The notes under the pieces: generated by a model | What the model saw: only the letters and a program-made list of their open reading frames with translations | Told to the model about the DNA's origin: nothing | The model's database searches: none | Program-made: the position numbers and the translations under genes | Source of the DNA: Macrostomum lignano | Taxonomy: Eukaryota | Assembly: GCA_002269645.1 (NCBI GenBank) | Contig: NIVC01001631.1 | Location: 27,886 to 91,885, forward strand | Reading direction: 5' to 3' | Length of the DNA: 64,000 nucleotides | In this document: piece by piece, positions 22,901 to 37,127 of the stretch | Position numbering within the stretch: the stretch's first letter is position 1 | Layout of the letters: every line of letters starts with the position of its first letter

Positions 22901-25900
22901 GATAGGCGGGCAGAGAGGGGAAGATAGGCGGGCAGAGAGAGGAAGATAGGCGGGCAGAGAGGGGAAAAGAGGCGGGCAGAGAGGGGAAGAGAGGCGAGCA
23001 GAGAGGGGAAGAGAGGCGGGCAGAGAGGGGAAGAGAGGGGGGCATGGAGGGAAAGAGAGGCGGGCAGAGAGGGGAAGAGAGGGGGCATGGAGGGAAAGAG
23101 AGGCGAGCAGAGAGGGGAAGAGAGGCGGGCATGGAGCGGAAGAGAGGCGGACAGAGAGGGGAAGATAGGCGGGCAGAGAGGGGAAGACAGGCGGGCAGAG
23201 AGAGGAAAAGAGGCGGGCAGAGAGAGGAAAAGAGGCGGGCAGAGAGGGGAAAAGAGGTGGGCAGAGAGGGGAAGAGAGGCGGGCAGAGAGGGGAAGAGAG
23301 GCGGGCAGAGAGGGAAAAAGAGGCGGGCAGAGAGAGGAAAAGAGGCGGGCAGAGAGGGGAAGATAGGCGGGCAGAGAGGGGAAAAGAGGCGGGCAGAGAG
23401 GGGAAGAGAGTCGGGCAGAGAGGGGAAGAGAGGCGGGCAGAGAGAGGAAGATAGGCGGGCAGAGAGGGGAAAAGAGGCGGGCAGAGAGGGGAAAAGAGGC
23501 GAGCAGAGAGGGGAAGAGAGGCGGGCAGAGAGGGGAAGAGAGGGGGGCATGGAGGGGAAAAGAGGCGGGCAGAGAGGGGCAAAGAGGCGGGCAGAGAGGG
23601 GAGCAAAAAACGCAGTGTTTCTGCCTTCAGTAACTTTTCTGTGCAACGCACGGCAGGCCAGCTCCGCAGTCTACAGCCAGTCCATCACAGACAGCAATAC
23701 ATTATCTAAAGGCTGGGCCGGAGCATCAGTTCTAAAAGATGATTTACAGGCGCCATCAGATGGAATTAGGCGGCTATAAAACATGCCACTCATCTGCAGC
23801 AGCATCCCAGGCTCCATCAAGCCGCCACAAAACTTCACCAGATTTTGCGTGCCATCCAAAGTTTGAGAAACTGCCGATGGTTCAAGGATGCAGAAGAGGA
23901 GGAGGCTGCTAATTAACTGACCCGCTTGCTGCCGGGGCGGTTTCGGATGTAGGGGATATTTCTCCTGCCTTGGCTCCCTTCTCTCCTAGAAGAAGAAGAA
24001 GCTGAGCAGAAAGCGCGGAGAGGAAGGAGAGCAGGCTCTTCCAGGGACAGAGGCTAGCGGTTAGCCGATGGGGAACTTTAATTCAGACTGCCCAAATTGG
24101 ATCCGAATGAATTTTCCCCCAGGGGGATCAATGACTCCCCGGGGAGATTGGAGGGGGGCATTGGAGAACAGGTGGCTGACGGCTGCTTGCTGCGGCCCTC
24201 GGCAACGGAGCTAAGCGTAGAAGATGGGCCCGGATTTCCCGGAAGCACTCACTCGGCCACCTCGTCCTCCTTGAAGCAGACACCGCCTTCGGATTCGCAG
24301 GACTTGCAGTACTGCGGCTGCGGGCTGTTGGAGTAGCGGTGCTCTGCGGGGGGTGGCAGGCAGCTCAAGCTTTTATTTGAGTCCAGATTTATTGCTCTAA
24401 GGCATGCAGCAGACAATGATACAGGCTCTTACCTAGTACCGTAGACTCTCAAGGTCATTACGGACTGTTTTACAGGCATTGCGGACTTACAAATTCATTA
24501 GACTTACTTACACAGTCATTACAGACATGCTTACACAGTCATTACAGACATGCTTACACAGTCATTACAGACATGCTTACACAGTCATTACAGACATGCT
24601 TACACAGTCATTACAGACATGCTTACACAGTCATTACAGACATGCTTACACAGTCATTACAGACATGATTACAAATTCATTACAGACTTACTTACACAGT
24701 CATTACAGACATGCTTACACAGTCATTACAGACATGCTTACACAGTCATTACAGACATGCTTACACAGTCATTACAGACATGCTTACACAGTCATTACGG
24801 ACATGATTACAAATTCATTACAGACTTACTTACACAGTCATTACAGACATGCTTACACAGTCATTACAGACTTACTTACACAGTCATTACAGACATGCTT
24901 ACACAGTCATTACAGACTTACTTACACAGTCATTACAGACATGATTACAAATTCATTACAGACTTACTTACACAGTCATTACAGACATGCTTACACAGTC
25001 ATTACAGGCTTACTTACACAGTTATTACAGACATGCTTACACAGTCATTACAGACTTACTTATACAGTCATTACAGACATGATTACAAATTCATTACAGA
25101 CATACTTACACAGTCATTACAGACATGCTTACACAGTCATTACATGCTTACACAGTCATTACAGACATGCTTACACAGTCATTACAGACATGATTACACA
25201 GTCATTACAGACATGCTTACACAGTCATTACAGACATGCTTACACAGTCATTACAGACATGCTTACACAGTCATTACAGACATGATTACACAGTCATTAC
25301 AGACATGATTACACAGTCATTACAGACATGCTTACACAGTCATTACAGACTTACTTACACAGTCATTACAGACATGCTTACACAGTCATTACAGACTTAC
25401 TTACACAGTCATTACAGACATGCTTACACAGTCATTACAGACTTACTTACACAGTCATTACAGACATGATTACAAATTCATTACAGACTTACTTACACAG
25501 TCATTACAGACATGCTTACACAGTCATTACAGGCTTACTTACACAGTTATTACAGACATGCTTACACAGTCATTACAGACTTACTTACACAGTCATTACA
25601 GACATGATTACAAATTCATTACAGACATACTTACACAGTCATTACAGACATGCTTACACAGTCATTACAGACATGCTTACACAGTCATTACAGACATGCT
25701 TACACAGTCATTACAGACTTACTTACACAGTCATTACAGACATGCTTACACAGTCATTACAGACATGCTTACACAGTCATTACAGACATGCTTACACAGT
25801 CATTACAGACATGCTTACACAGTCATTACAGACATGCTTACACAGTCATTACAGACATGCTTACACAGTCATTACAGACATGCTTACACAGTCATTACAG

Positions 25901-28900
25901 ACATGCTTACACAGTCATTACAGACATGCTTACACAGTCATTACAGACATGCTTACACAGTCATTACAGACATGCTTACACAGTCATTACGGACATGATT
26001 ACAAATTCATTACAGACTTACTTACACAGTCATTACAGACATGCTTACACAGTCATTACAGACTTACTTACACAGTCATTACAGACATGCTTACACAGTC
26101 ATTACAGACTTACTTACACAGTCATTACAGACATGATTACAAATTCATTACAGACTTACTTACACAGTCATTACAGACATGCTTACACAGTCATTACAGG
26201 CTTACTTACACAGTTATTACAGACATGCTTACACAGTCATTACAGACTTACTTACACAGTCATTACAGACATGATTACAAATTCATTACAGACATACTTA
26301 CACAGTCATTACAGACATGCTTACACAGTCATTACAGACATGCTTACACAGTCATTACAGACATGCTTACACAGTCATTACAGACTTACTTACACAGTCA
26401 TTACAGACATGCTTACACAGTCATTACAGACATGCTTACACAGTCATTACAGACATGATTACACAGTCATTACAGACATGCTTACACAGTCATTACAGAC
26501 ATGCTTACACAGTCATTACAGACATGCTTACACAGTCACTACAGACATGCTTACACAGTCATTACAGACATGCTTACACAGTCATTACAGACATGCTTAC
26601 ACAGTCATTACAGACATGCTTACACAGTCATTACAGACTTACTTACACAGTCATTACAGACATGCTTACACAGTCATTACAGACATGCTTACACAGTCAT
26701 TACAGACATGCTTACACAGTCATTACAGACATGCTTACACAGTCATTACAGACATGCTTACACAGTCATTACAGACATGCTTACACAGTCACTACAGACA
26801 TGCTTACACAGTCATTACAGACATGCTTACACAGTCATTACAGACATGCTTACACAGTCACTACAGGCTCTTACACAGTCGCCAGCATCTAGGCTATGGA
26901 ACATTACAGTCTTACGCAGAAAATTAGCAGTAGATAACGAGGCCACTCACTGCACTGATGCCGATGTGCCGCGTACACTGTGTCTGTCGGACAGACGCAC
27001 CTGGCCTCGTTAGGAGCGCACACGCTGTCCTTCACCTGGGCGCAGGCGTAGTCATTGTCACGCCTGCAGGGCACGTCGAGCAGCTCTGCGGTTCGAGGGG
27101 GAACGGAATCGCCAAGGTGAGACTCTCGGAGGGTGAGACTCTCGGAGGTGAGACTCTCGGAGGCTGAGACTCTCGGAGGGTGTGAGACTCTCGGAGGGTG
27201 AGACTCTCGGAGGTGAGACTCTCGGAGGTGAGACTCTCGGAGGTGAGACTCTCGGAGGTGAGACTCTCGGAGGGTGTGAGACTCTCGGAGGGTGAGACTC
27301 TCGGAGGTGAGACTCTCAGAGGTGAGACTCTCGGAGGGTATGAAACTCTCGGAGGGTGAGACTCTCGGAGGGTATGAGACTCTCGGAGGATGTGAGACTC
27401 TCGGAGGGTGAGACTCACTATTGGAAGGTGAGACTCTCTATTGGAGGGTGAGACTCTCGGAGGGTGAGATTCACGGAGGGTTAGACTCAATGAGGGTTAG
27501 ACTCTCGGAGGGTGAGACTCTCGGAGGGTGTGAGACTCTCGGAGGGTGAGACTCTCGGAGGGTGTAAGACAATCGAAGGGTGAGGCTCTGAATTGGAGGG
27601 TGAGGCTCTGAATTGGAGGGTGAGGCTCTCGATTGGAGGGTGAGGCTCTCGATTGGAGGGTGACGCTCTGGATTGCAGGGTGAGGCTCTTGATCGTGAAT
27701 CGCTCTCGGGCCCAAGTAAGATTGAGTCGAGTTTCCCTTGGCAACAGAGAACAATTATGTTATTACATTTGTTTAATTCTAAATCCATCGGGGCCAACTC
27801 TGAAAAATCTGAGCAAAAATCCGCCACGTCATGCAACAAATATCCTCCCCTCTTCCCAAACTTTGTAGACAGGAGGAGCTTAAGCCATCGCCCATGGGAA
27901 TGGTAGCAGGAGGCATTGAGAGTGTAGGAATTGATTCTGTAGTAAATTTCACTCGAGCAGCTTATCCATGTCTCAGTTTTTCTCGTCAAAACTTCTGCGG
28001 GAGAAAAATATTTACCAGAAACAGTCTCGTTCGCTCAGGGAATTTTCGGGGAAGTTCACCCCGCTGATTGACAGGACAGGTTGAAAGGCAAGCGCTGTAC
28101 CAGCACTTCTCACTGCACTGCAACTCTCTGCATCAGCTGAAGAAATATAGCATGCCTAGAGCAAACAGAAGTTCAGGTGGTTGAGGCAATTATTCTAGGC
28201 AGCGTCTCAAGACTCTCCTCGGCAGCTGCTTATCATGCTCAATGCAGCGAGGCGTGTAGCCTTAGCACTCAGCAGTTCCAGAAGTGATAAGGGAAAAGTT
28301 CTGGAGGATGTTGCAGGTGGAAAACTACAAGCAAGTGTTTCAAAGCAATTAAAGTACATTTTTTACTTATTGAATGGCACATGGGTTAAAGGCGCTGTAA
28401 CTACTGTAACCTGTAATTGAAAGGTTGCAGTGTGCACTAGTGGCAGTACATCTACGAGATAAAATCCTCCCATTCTCCATTTTTATCCCAAGCGCTGCTT
28501 TAATCCCGCCTTCAGTACCCTCCTCCCATTGAAAGCTGCTTTGATATTTCTAAGCGGCGCTGCCGCAGTGTTACCCATTGATCCGCTGGGATGGCTAAAG
28601 GCCAACCAGGGAGTTCCCCATCGCTGCACAGATATCGACTCTCTTCGACATGGAGTTGGAGCAGAAAGTAAAATAGAATCTTCTCCGGGAGACTAGGAGG
28701 AGCAGCGGCAGTGATGGAAGCTGCAGAAAAAGCAGAAAATATAAGAACAGCAAAACTGGTAAGGAGCCCCCGGGGCAGGGAGAGCCGGGCCCACATATTG
28801 CATCGATCTGGGGCTCCCAGTCAGTCACTGCCTGCCATCTGGGTTGGGGCAGCTGGAGCCCACTCTGGATGGATGCTGGGGGCATAACTTCCGCAGGGCC

Positions 28901-31900
28901 AGAGACTCTGAGCTATAACGATTTCTCATCCTGAGTTCTGTTAATCTGACATGCACCACTAAGTACCGAGTCACGAGAGCTTCATCAGATTTGCAAGTTT
29001 TGACAGTTCTCAATTGTCTTTAAAACGGAAATTTTATTGTTTCAAAATTGGTTCCTTTTTGTTAATGTGCATAACTCTTGGTACCGGCAGTTCACACAGC
29101 TTCTGGAATCTCAATCTCTGTATTTCACAAACAGACACCGCAGGTCACACACTGACCCCGCAGTTCACACACAGACCCCTCAGTTCACACACAGACCCCG
29201 CAGGTCACCCACAGACCCCGCAGTTCACACACAGACCCTCAGTTCACACACAGACCCCTCAGTTCACACACAGACCCCTCAGTTCACACACAGACCACGC
29301 AGTTCACACAAAGACCCCGCAGTTCACATACAGACCCCGCAGGTCACACACAGACCCCGCAGTTCACACACAGACCCTCAGTTCACACACAGACCCCTCA
29401 GTTCACACACAGACCCCGCAGTTCACACACAGACCCTCAGTTCACACACAGACCACGCAGTTCACACAAAGACCCCGCAGTTCACATACAGACCCCGCAG
29501 GTCACACACAGACCCCGCAGTTCACACACAGACCCTCAGTTCACACACAGACCCCTCAGTTCACACACAGACCCCGCAGTTCACACACAGACCCTCAGTT
29601 CACACACAGACCACGCAGTTCACCCACAGACCCCGCAGTTCACACACAGACCCCTCAGTTCACACACAGACCCCTCAGTTCACACACAGACCCCTCAGTT
29701 CACACACAGACCCCTCAGTTCACACACAGACCCCTCAGTTCACACACAGACCCCTCAGTTCACACACAGACCACGCAGTTCACACAAAGACCCCGCAGTT
29801 CACATACAGACCCCGCAGGTCACACACAGACCCCGCAGTTCATACAAAGACCCCGCAGTTCACACACAGACCCCTCAGTTCACACACAGACCCCTCAGTT
29901 CACACACAGACCCCTCAGTTCACACACAGACCCCTCAGTTCACACACAGACCCCTCAGTTCACACACAGACCCCTCAGTTCACACACAGACCCCTCAGTT
30001 CACACACAGACCCCTCAGTTCACACACAGACCCCTCAGTTCACACACAGACCCCTCAGTTCACACACAGACCCCTCAGTTCACACACAGACCCCTCAGTT
30101 CACACACAGACCCCTCAGTTCACACACAGACCCCTCAGTTCACACACAGACCCCTCAGTTCACACACAGACCCCTCAGTTCACACACAGACCCCTCAGTT
30201 CACACACAGACCCCGCAAGTCACACACAGACCCCTCAGTTCACACACAGACCCCGCAAGTCACACACAGACCCCGCAAGTCACACACAGACCCCGCAAGT
30301 CACACACAAACCCCGCAAGTCACACACAGACCCCGCAAGTCACACACAGACCCCTCAGTTCACACACAGACCCCTCAGTTCACACACAGACCCCTCAGTT
30401 CACACACAGACCCCTCAGTTCACACACAGACCCCTCAGTTCACACACAGACCCCTCAGTTCACACACAGACCCCTCAGTTCACACACAGACCCCTCAGTT
30501 CACACACAGACCCCTCAGTTCACACACAGACCCCTCAGTTCACACACAGACCCCTCAGTTCACACACAGACCCCGCAAGTCACACACAGACCCCTCAGTT
30601 CACACACAGACCCCGCAAGTCACACACAGACCCCGCAAGTCACACACAGACCCCGCAAGTCACACACAAACCCCGCAAGTCACACACAGACCCCGCAAGT
30701 CACACACAGACCCCGCAAGTCACACACAGACCCCGCAAGTCACACACAGACCCCGCCAGTCACACACAGCCCCCAATTCCACTGAGAGTTGCATTAGCGC
30801 CTAAAACTGTGACGCAGGCGGAACTCCTCAAAGCTCTCACAGCTGCCCAGCTTATTCAATTAAAAACCCAAGCCTGCATGGCCTTTGGCCCACCTTTAGC
30901 GGCAAAATCATTTATTCAGCATCCAGGTTCCACTTCTCCTGCTCCTTGGGCAGTAGCCTCTAGGAGAAACAGGGGCAGTTGCTGCCTCAACCTGCCTAAC
31001 TGCACTCAGAGCAGCAGTTTGGATTCGTATAACATTTCCACCCAATATTTTCTCACGAGCCTATTTCTCGTATTTCTAAATATATGGCCGGGGGCACTGT
31101 GGGTGGCCATTCTGCCCACTTTTTCCATTGGAACGAGAGGCGTTGGAATTTTAACTTAAACTTTTTTTAAATTCCTCATCTCCCTCTACCCTTTTCCTTC
31201 CTCATCTCCCTCTACCCCTCTCCCCCCTCATCTCTCTCTACCTCTTCTCTCTCCTCATCTCCCTCTACTCCTCACTCTCCTCATCTTCCTCTACCCCCTC
31301 TCTCTCCTCATCTCCCTCTACCCCTATCTCTCCTCATCTCCCTCTACCACTCTCTCTCCTCATCTCCCTCTACCCCTATCTCTCCTCATCTCCCTCTACC
31401 CCTCTCTCTCCTCATCTCCCTCTACCCCTCTCTCTCCTCATCTCCCTCTACCCCTATCTCTCCTCATCTCCCTCTACCACTCTCTCTCCTCATCTCCCTC
31501 TACCCCTCTCTCTCCTCATCTCCCTCTACCCCTCTCTCTCCTCATCTCCCTCTACCCCTCTCTCTCCTCATCTCCCTCTACCCCTCTCTCTCCTCATCTC
31601 CCTCTACCTCCCTCTCTTCGCATCTCCCTCTACTCCTCACTCTCCTCATCTCCCTCTACCTCCCTCTCTTCGCATCTCCCTCTACTCCTCACTCTCCTCA
31701 TCTCCCCTATTCCTCCTCCCCCCATCCCTCTTCACCTTCTCCCAGTAAAAAATTAAAATATTGTCAACTGAAAGACCGCAAACTCTAGTCTGCAATTATA
31801 GTCTGCAAAGCTACTTCTATATGCACTGATATGCATATAGCGCTGATATGCACTAACCGCTAATATTGGTCAACTACAGCTGTGCATACACTCTGGCCAT

Positions 31901-33473
31901 ACACTCTATAAGTAAGCAAAGCATTAGTGTCAGGTAACTAACTGATCACATCGATATGAGTCTGAGACGATGATGGATGATCTCCCAAGCCCCTGTGCAG
32001 TTGGACAACAATGCATTCGGAGACTGGATGGCTGCTGTTTATTGATAGCCAGCACTTATTGGCCCACATCAAACCTTTTAACAATGCTAGCACTGAAAAG
32101 TTGAGAACTTGTATTTTGCTTTGAGTAAAGTACAAGTGAGTTTGTATAGATTGAAGTGGACCAGCGGGGATAACTCTCTGATGGGGAATATGGAGGAGGG
32201 GGGAGGGTAGCTAGCCCCGGCTCTCCCTACTCAAGAGCTACTCAAGTCTTCTGCCCTATTGAAAAAATTGAGGATTAAAAAATGTATCTGCGCAATCCGA
32301 GCTCAACCTGATAAGTCAGAATTTGGATTCAAAAATGCATTAAGAAATCTTGAGCGAGCTGCTTAATGCTTTCTTGCGTAATTAAAGATTCAAGCAAATC
32401 CACAATGAATTCCGATCGAGTTGCTCATGGATTTGAATACGCCTGCGGCACTCCATGAGCAGCTGATTTCAGAGAAGCTTTTGTTAAAGTCTGGCTGAGA
32501 AAGGAGAAACTGGAAGACAGAAGCGGAGAATCTGGCGGTCTGGGATGAAGGGGAGGGAGTAGACCGAGCAGCTATTCACATTTGATGAAGTGAAGGGGAA
32601 CCAGGGGAGACGGGAAATGCAAAATTTCATAAAGGAAGGCGCGTAGAGTACGAGGGGAGTGCAGGTTGACGGAGGCGGGCAGCGACAGAGATGGTAGGGA
32701 GAGAGAAGGGAGAGAGCGAAGACAGAGAGTGAAGGGAGAGTTTGGGGAGAGAGTGAAGGGAGAGTGAAGGGAGAGAGATGATAAAGAGTGAAGGGAGAGA
32801 GATGATAAAGAGTGAAGGGAGAATTTGGGGAGAGAGTGAAGGGAGAGTGAAGGGAGAGAGAAGGGAGAGTGAAAGGAGAGAGAAGGGAGAGAGAAAGGAG
32901 AGAGAAGGGAGAGTGAAGGGAGAGTGAAAGGAGAGAGAAGGGAGAGAGAAGGGAGAGTGAAGGGAGAGTGAAAGGAGAGTGAAGGCAGAGTGAAGGCAGA
33001 GTGAAGGCAGAGTGAAGGCAGAGTGAAGACAGAGTGAAGGCAGAGTGAAGGCAGAGTGAAGGCAGAGTGAAGGCAGAGTGAAGGCAGAGTGAAGGCAGAG
33101 TGAAGGCAGAGTGAAGGCAGAGTGACAGCGGTGCTCTCAAATGCCCCGACTTACTTGTCTGGCAGGCCCGGCGGTCCTTATGCCTGACAACGGTGTGCGA
33201 CGAGGGACACTCGCAGATGAGGTTGGAGCCGCTGGCAACGCAGACTCCGCCCTGAGGATCTGAGCAGGTCTCGCCAGGCCGGGTGCAGCGGCCGCTATCT
33301 GTAAAATAGTACAGTTCACCGATTTTGATCACGTGCGGAGGCGAAATGGCCCCCAACTCGGAGGCGACAGGACGAGTGGGGTCTGGGGGGCTTCGCTGAG
33401 CTGCCCGACTGTCTGCTGCTGCAGCTGTGAGCAGCAGCGCCAACAGGACTGGCGATGAAGGCACGAAGACCAT
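7991..33473 (-). CDS. Type I membrane protein of ~900 aa: signal peptide, five 6-Cys EGF/EB-like modules, ZP domain, dibasic cleavage site, TM helix, low-complexity tail. Exons 33473-33155, 27085-26951, 24343-24253, 21907-21777, 20398-20240, 16899-16726, 14906-14653, 13208-13049, 12313-12165, 10302-10158, 9987-9695, 8688-7991
   Basis: All 11 introns are GT-AG, and phases match at every junction except 13049/12313 (off by 1 nt). ZP-N start SVSCHSKKMVVKF; ZP-C motifs LIRQCFA, LIIGC and FPAFRLGNSPNLYFRCTVRVC; AKRS followed by a hydrophobic patch ETESHVVV; TM helix VIVIILILLVLLALVSGLVIVVY. Confidence 0.85.
8772..9660. repeat. 21-bp minisatellite CCCTCTGCCCTTCCCCATACT
   Basis: Direct reading; last intron of the ZP gene. 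Confidence 0.95.
10432..11230. repeat. 21-bp minisatellite GACAGRCAGTAGTGRGAGAGT
   Basis: Direct reading. Confidence 0.95.
11256..11905. repeat. 62-bp tandem repeat CAGAATCACAGAACTGGAGCTGGAGAGCGACAGACAGGCAGACAGCAGAGAGTGACAAAGGA, ~10 units
   Basis: Direct reading. Confidence 0.95.
12362..13016. repeat. 21-bp minisatellite CTGTCTGAGGTACCTGCTGAC, ~31 units
   Basis: Direct reading. Confidence 0.95.
13250..14530. repeat. 12-bp CCAACTGTCTAC array grading into 24-bp CTACTAAACTGTCYACCAAAYCGT array
   Basis: Direct reading. Confidence 0.95.
15010..15225. repeat. ~20-23-bp repeat CTGATTCTGTAAATGACTGT(CT)
   Basis: Direct reading. Confidence 0.85.
15786..16650. repeat. Compound minisatellite: CAGGTGTTTTGGGTCAAAGGTGTTATTAGAATTGGTCAG plus variable (GT)n
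   Basis: Direct reading. Confidence 0.95.
16955..17780. repeat. 17-bp minisatellite GAGATACTCAAATCCCA
   Basis: Direct reading. Confidence 0.95.
18412..20130. repeat. 20-bp minisatellite GTGTTCTCACKGTGTCTGTA, ~86 units
   Basis: Direct reading. Confidence 0.97.
20512..21508. repeat. 17-bp GAGATACTCAAATCCCA family with 21-bp CATGAA-insert variants
   Basis: Direct reading; same family as 16955-17780. Confidence 0.95.
21993..23600. repeat. 22-bp purine-rich minisatellite AGAGAGGCGGGCAGAGAGGGGA
   Basis: Direct reading; explains the 278-641 aa ORFs. Confidence 0.95.
24485..26880. repeat. 23-bp minisatellite ACAGTCATTACAGACATGCTTAC, ~104 units
   Basis: Direct reading. Confidence 0.97.
27115..27690. 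repeat. 16-19-bp minisatellite GGTGAGACTCTCGGAG, drifting to GGTGAGGCTCTGAATTGGAG
   Basis: Direct reading. Confidence 0.92.
29130..30770. repeat. 20-bp minisatellite CACACACAGACCCCTCAGTT
   Basis: Direct reading. Confidence 0.97.
31175..31740. repeat. 26-bp polypyrimidine minisatellite TCTCCTCATCTCCCTCTACCCCTCTC
   Basis: Direct reading. Confidence 0.92.
32690..33124. repeat. 11-bp-based purine repeat GAGTGAAGGSA
   Basis: Direct reading. Confidence 0.9.
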
Positions 33474-34599
33474 CTGCAACGATTTCAGTCACGTGACCTC
33501 CCTCTGTCTGTATCCGTCTATTGTTTCGGCCTCTCTTTCTCTATGACGGCAGAAATTTCACGTCAGCTCAGCAAGAGGCTTGAGCGGCGGAAGGAAAGAA
33601 CGAGCCCGCGGCCTTATGCCAGGGGAGGTTGGGAGGTCCTGAGGAGCTGAAACAGTTGCCGGGAGAATTTTTTCCCATTCACAATTCCTTCGCTTGCAAA
33701 ACATTCACTCCCGGGGAGCAGCCGCCCCACTCCACTTCTGCAGCTACCCTCTCCTCCCCTCTGCTTCAGCTCTCGGAGCGGACTAACAAGGAGGGTCGCC
33801 GCCGCCGCTGCCACCAGCCTGGAGCCCCTTCCAGCAGGAGAGGTGCAGGCTGTCTGCCCCCCTTGCCCCTGCCCCCTGCCCCCTCCCCAATAACCGTGAA
33901 GTTCTGACGCAAAACTGGCCCTTGGTTGGGGTGCCGGGCAGAGTCTTCCCAGGCCGTCTTCAGCTTTCGCCCTCTCGCCCCTAACCGCTTATAGCCAATC
34001 ATCGCTTGGCATTTGCCCCCCCCCCTGACTTGACAAGCGCCGCGTGATGGGGAGCTCGCACGAGACTCTCACAGAGTGGCTCATCAATTCAATGAACTCA
34101 AGCCAATAATTCGTTCGTTTATTTACTTTGTATTAATAATTTCAGACATCGATCAGCTCTGCAGCAGGAAGCAGATGCAGTTACAAAATATTTGAAGATA
34201 GAAATTCATCTAATCAAAAAGCAAACGGCTTCTTTCCCAGCTCTCCCTCTCTACCTCCCTCTCACCTTTCTTCAAGTGCGCAAAGCAGAAACAATGCCAT
34301 TCCTGCTGCTGGAACAATTGGTGGGCCAACTAAAAAACTCTACCTCTGCAAAAAAGCACTTTCAACTGTCTTCCTGTCTTCAAGCGCTTGAATTCAAAGG
34401 CACCTGTCGTACCAGTGCACTCAGCAACGGAATTGGCTGGCGCTTCTGCCCTGCTGCTCTCTGCCTTAATGCGCTTCTTCTAGGAGCAGCTTAAGGACTT
34501 TCTGAGACTGCTTCTCTTTTCCAGGGAAATATTGTACAAGGCTACCCCAAGCTCTCTCAATCAACCACTCTCAACCACATATCATTCTTTCTCTCCCCT

Positions 34600-35262
34600 G
34601 CTCCCCTTCTCACACTGAGATATCTCTCGCCCTTTCTCCCCTTCTCACACTGATATATCTCTCGCCCTTTCTCCCCTTCTCACACTGATATATCTCTCGC
34701 CCTTTCTCCCCTTCTCACACTGATATATCTCTCGCCCTTTCTCCCCTTCTCACACTGATATATCTCTCTCGCCCTTTCTCCCCTTCTCACACTGATATAT
34801 CTCTCGCCCTTTCTCCCCTTCTCACACTGATATATCTCTCTCGCCCTTTCTCCCCTTCTCACACTGATATATCTCTCGCCCTTTCTCCCCTTCTCACACT
34901 GATATATCTCTCTCGCCCTTTCTCCCCTTCTCACACTGATATATCTCTCGCCCTTTCTCCCCTTCTCACACTGATATATCTCTCGCCCTTTCTCCCCTTC
35001 TCACACTGATATATCTCTCGCCCTTTCTCCCCTTCTCACACTGATATATCTCTCGCCCTTTCTCCCCTTCTCACACTGATATATCTCTCGCCCTTTCTCC
35101 CCTTCTCACACTGAGATCTCTCTCCCCTTCTCACACTGAGATCTCTCTCCCCTTCTCACACTGCGATCTCTCCTTCTCACACTGAGATCTCTCTCCCCTT
35201 CTCACACTGAGATCTCTCTCCCCTTCTCACACTGAGATCTCTCTCCCCACTTCTCACACTGC
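34600..35262. repeat. 35-bp minisatellite CACACTGATATATCTCTCGCCCTTTCTCCCCTTCT
   Basis: Direct reading. Confidence 0.95.
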
Positions 35263-35651
35263 ATGAAACCAGTATGAACAATTTACCAGTCACGTCAACC
35301 TTTTAACCAAAAAGTCTCAATTTACCTGCAAGCCAGAATCACAAAAGTAGGCCTTGATTTGTGTGATTATCCCAAATTAACCGTTATATGACTCTGAGCC
35401 CAGTTCCATGGCAACACGAATAACGGGGTTTATTTGAGTCGCAGAAGTCGTAGGAAATCCATTGTTTCTCTGGCTTCCATTCCCACTGCCTGGCGCATGC
35501 CTCTTAATGAGATGGCATTTTATAGCCCAGCGAACTCGGGCTAATTTACGCTCTCGTTGCTGGGATTCGCATTGTCTGAACAGCACTTCGTAGTGCAGAG
35601 CAAGTGCAGAACCCAGGTAAACAGCAATCGCTTGGAAAAGTGCCTATGTAG

Positions 35652-37127
<1,476 letters not shown>

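Noticed and set aside
27750-28900. Possible degenerate retroelement or transposase fragments (ORFs 27471-27989, 28512-28885)
   Set aside because: There is only a vague resemblance (e.g. DLELNKC), with no YxDD or DDE motif and many stops; it cannot be assigned without a search.
21721-30804. Very long ORFs of 250-640 aa (e.g. 21721-23646, 24479-26927, 29014-30804)
   Set aside because: They are stop-free translations of minisatellites, open in several frames or strands. The only real coding parts are the small ZP-gene exons.
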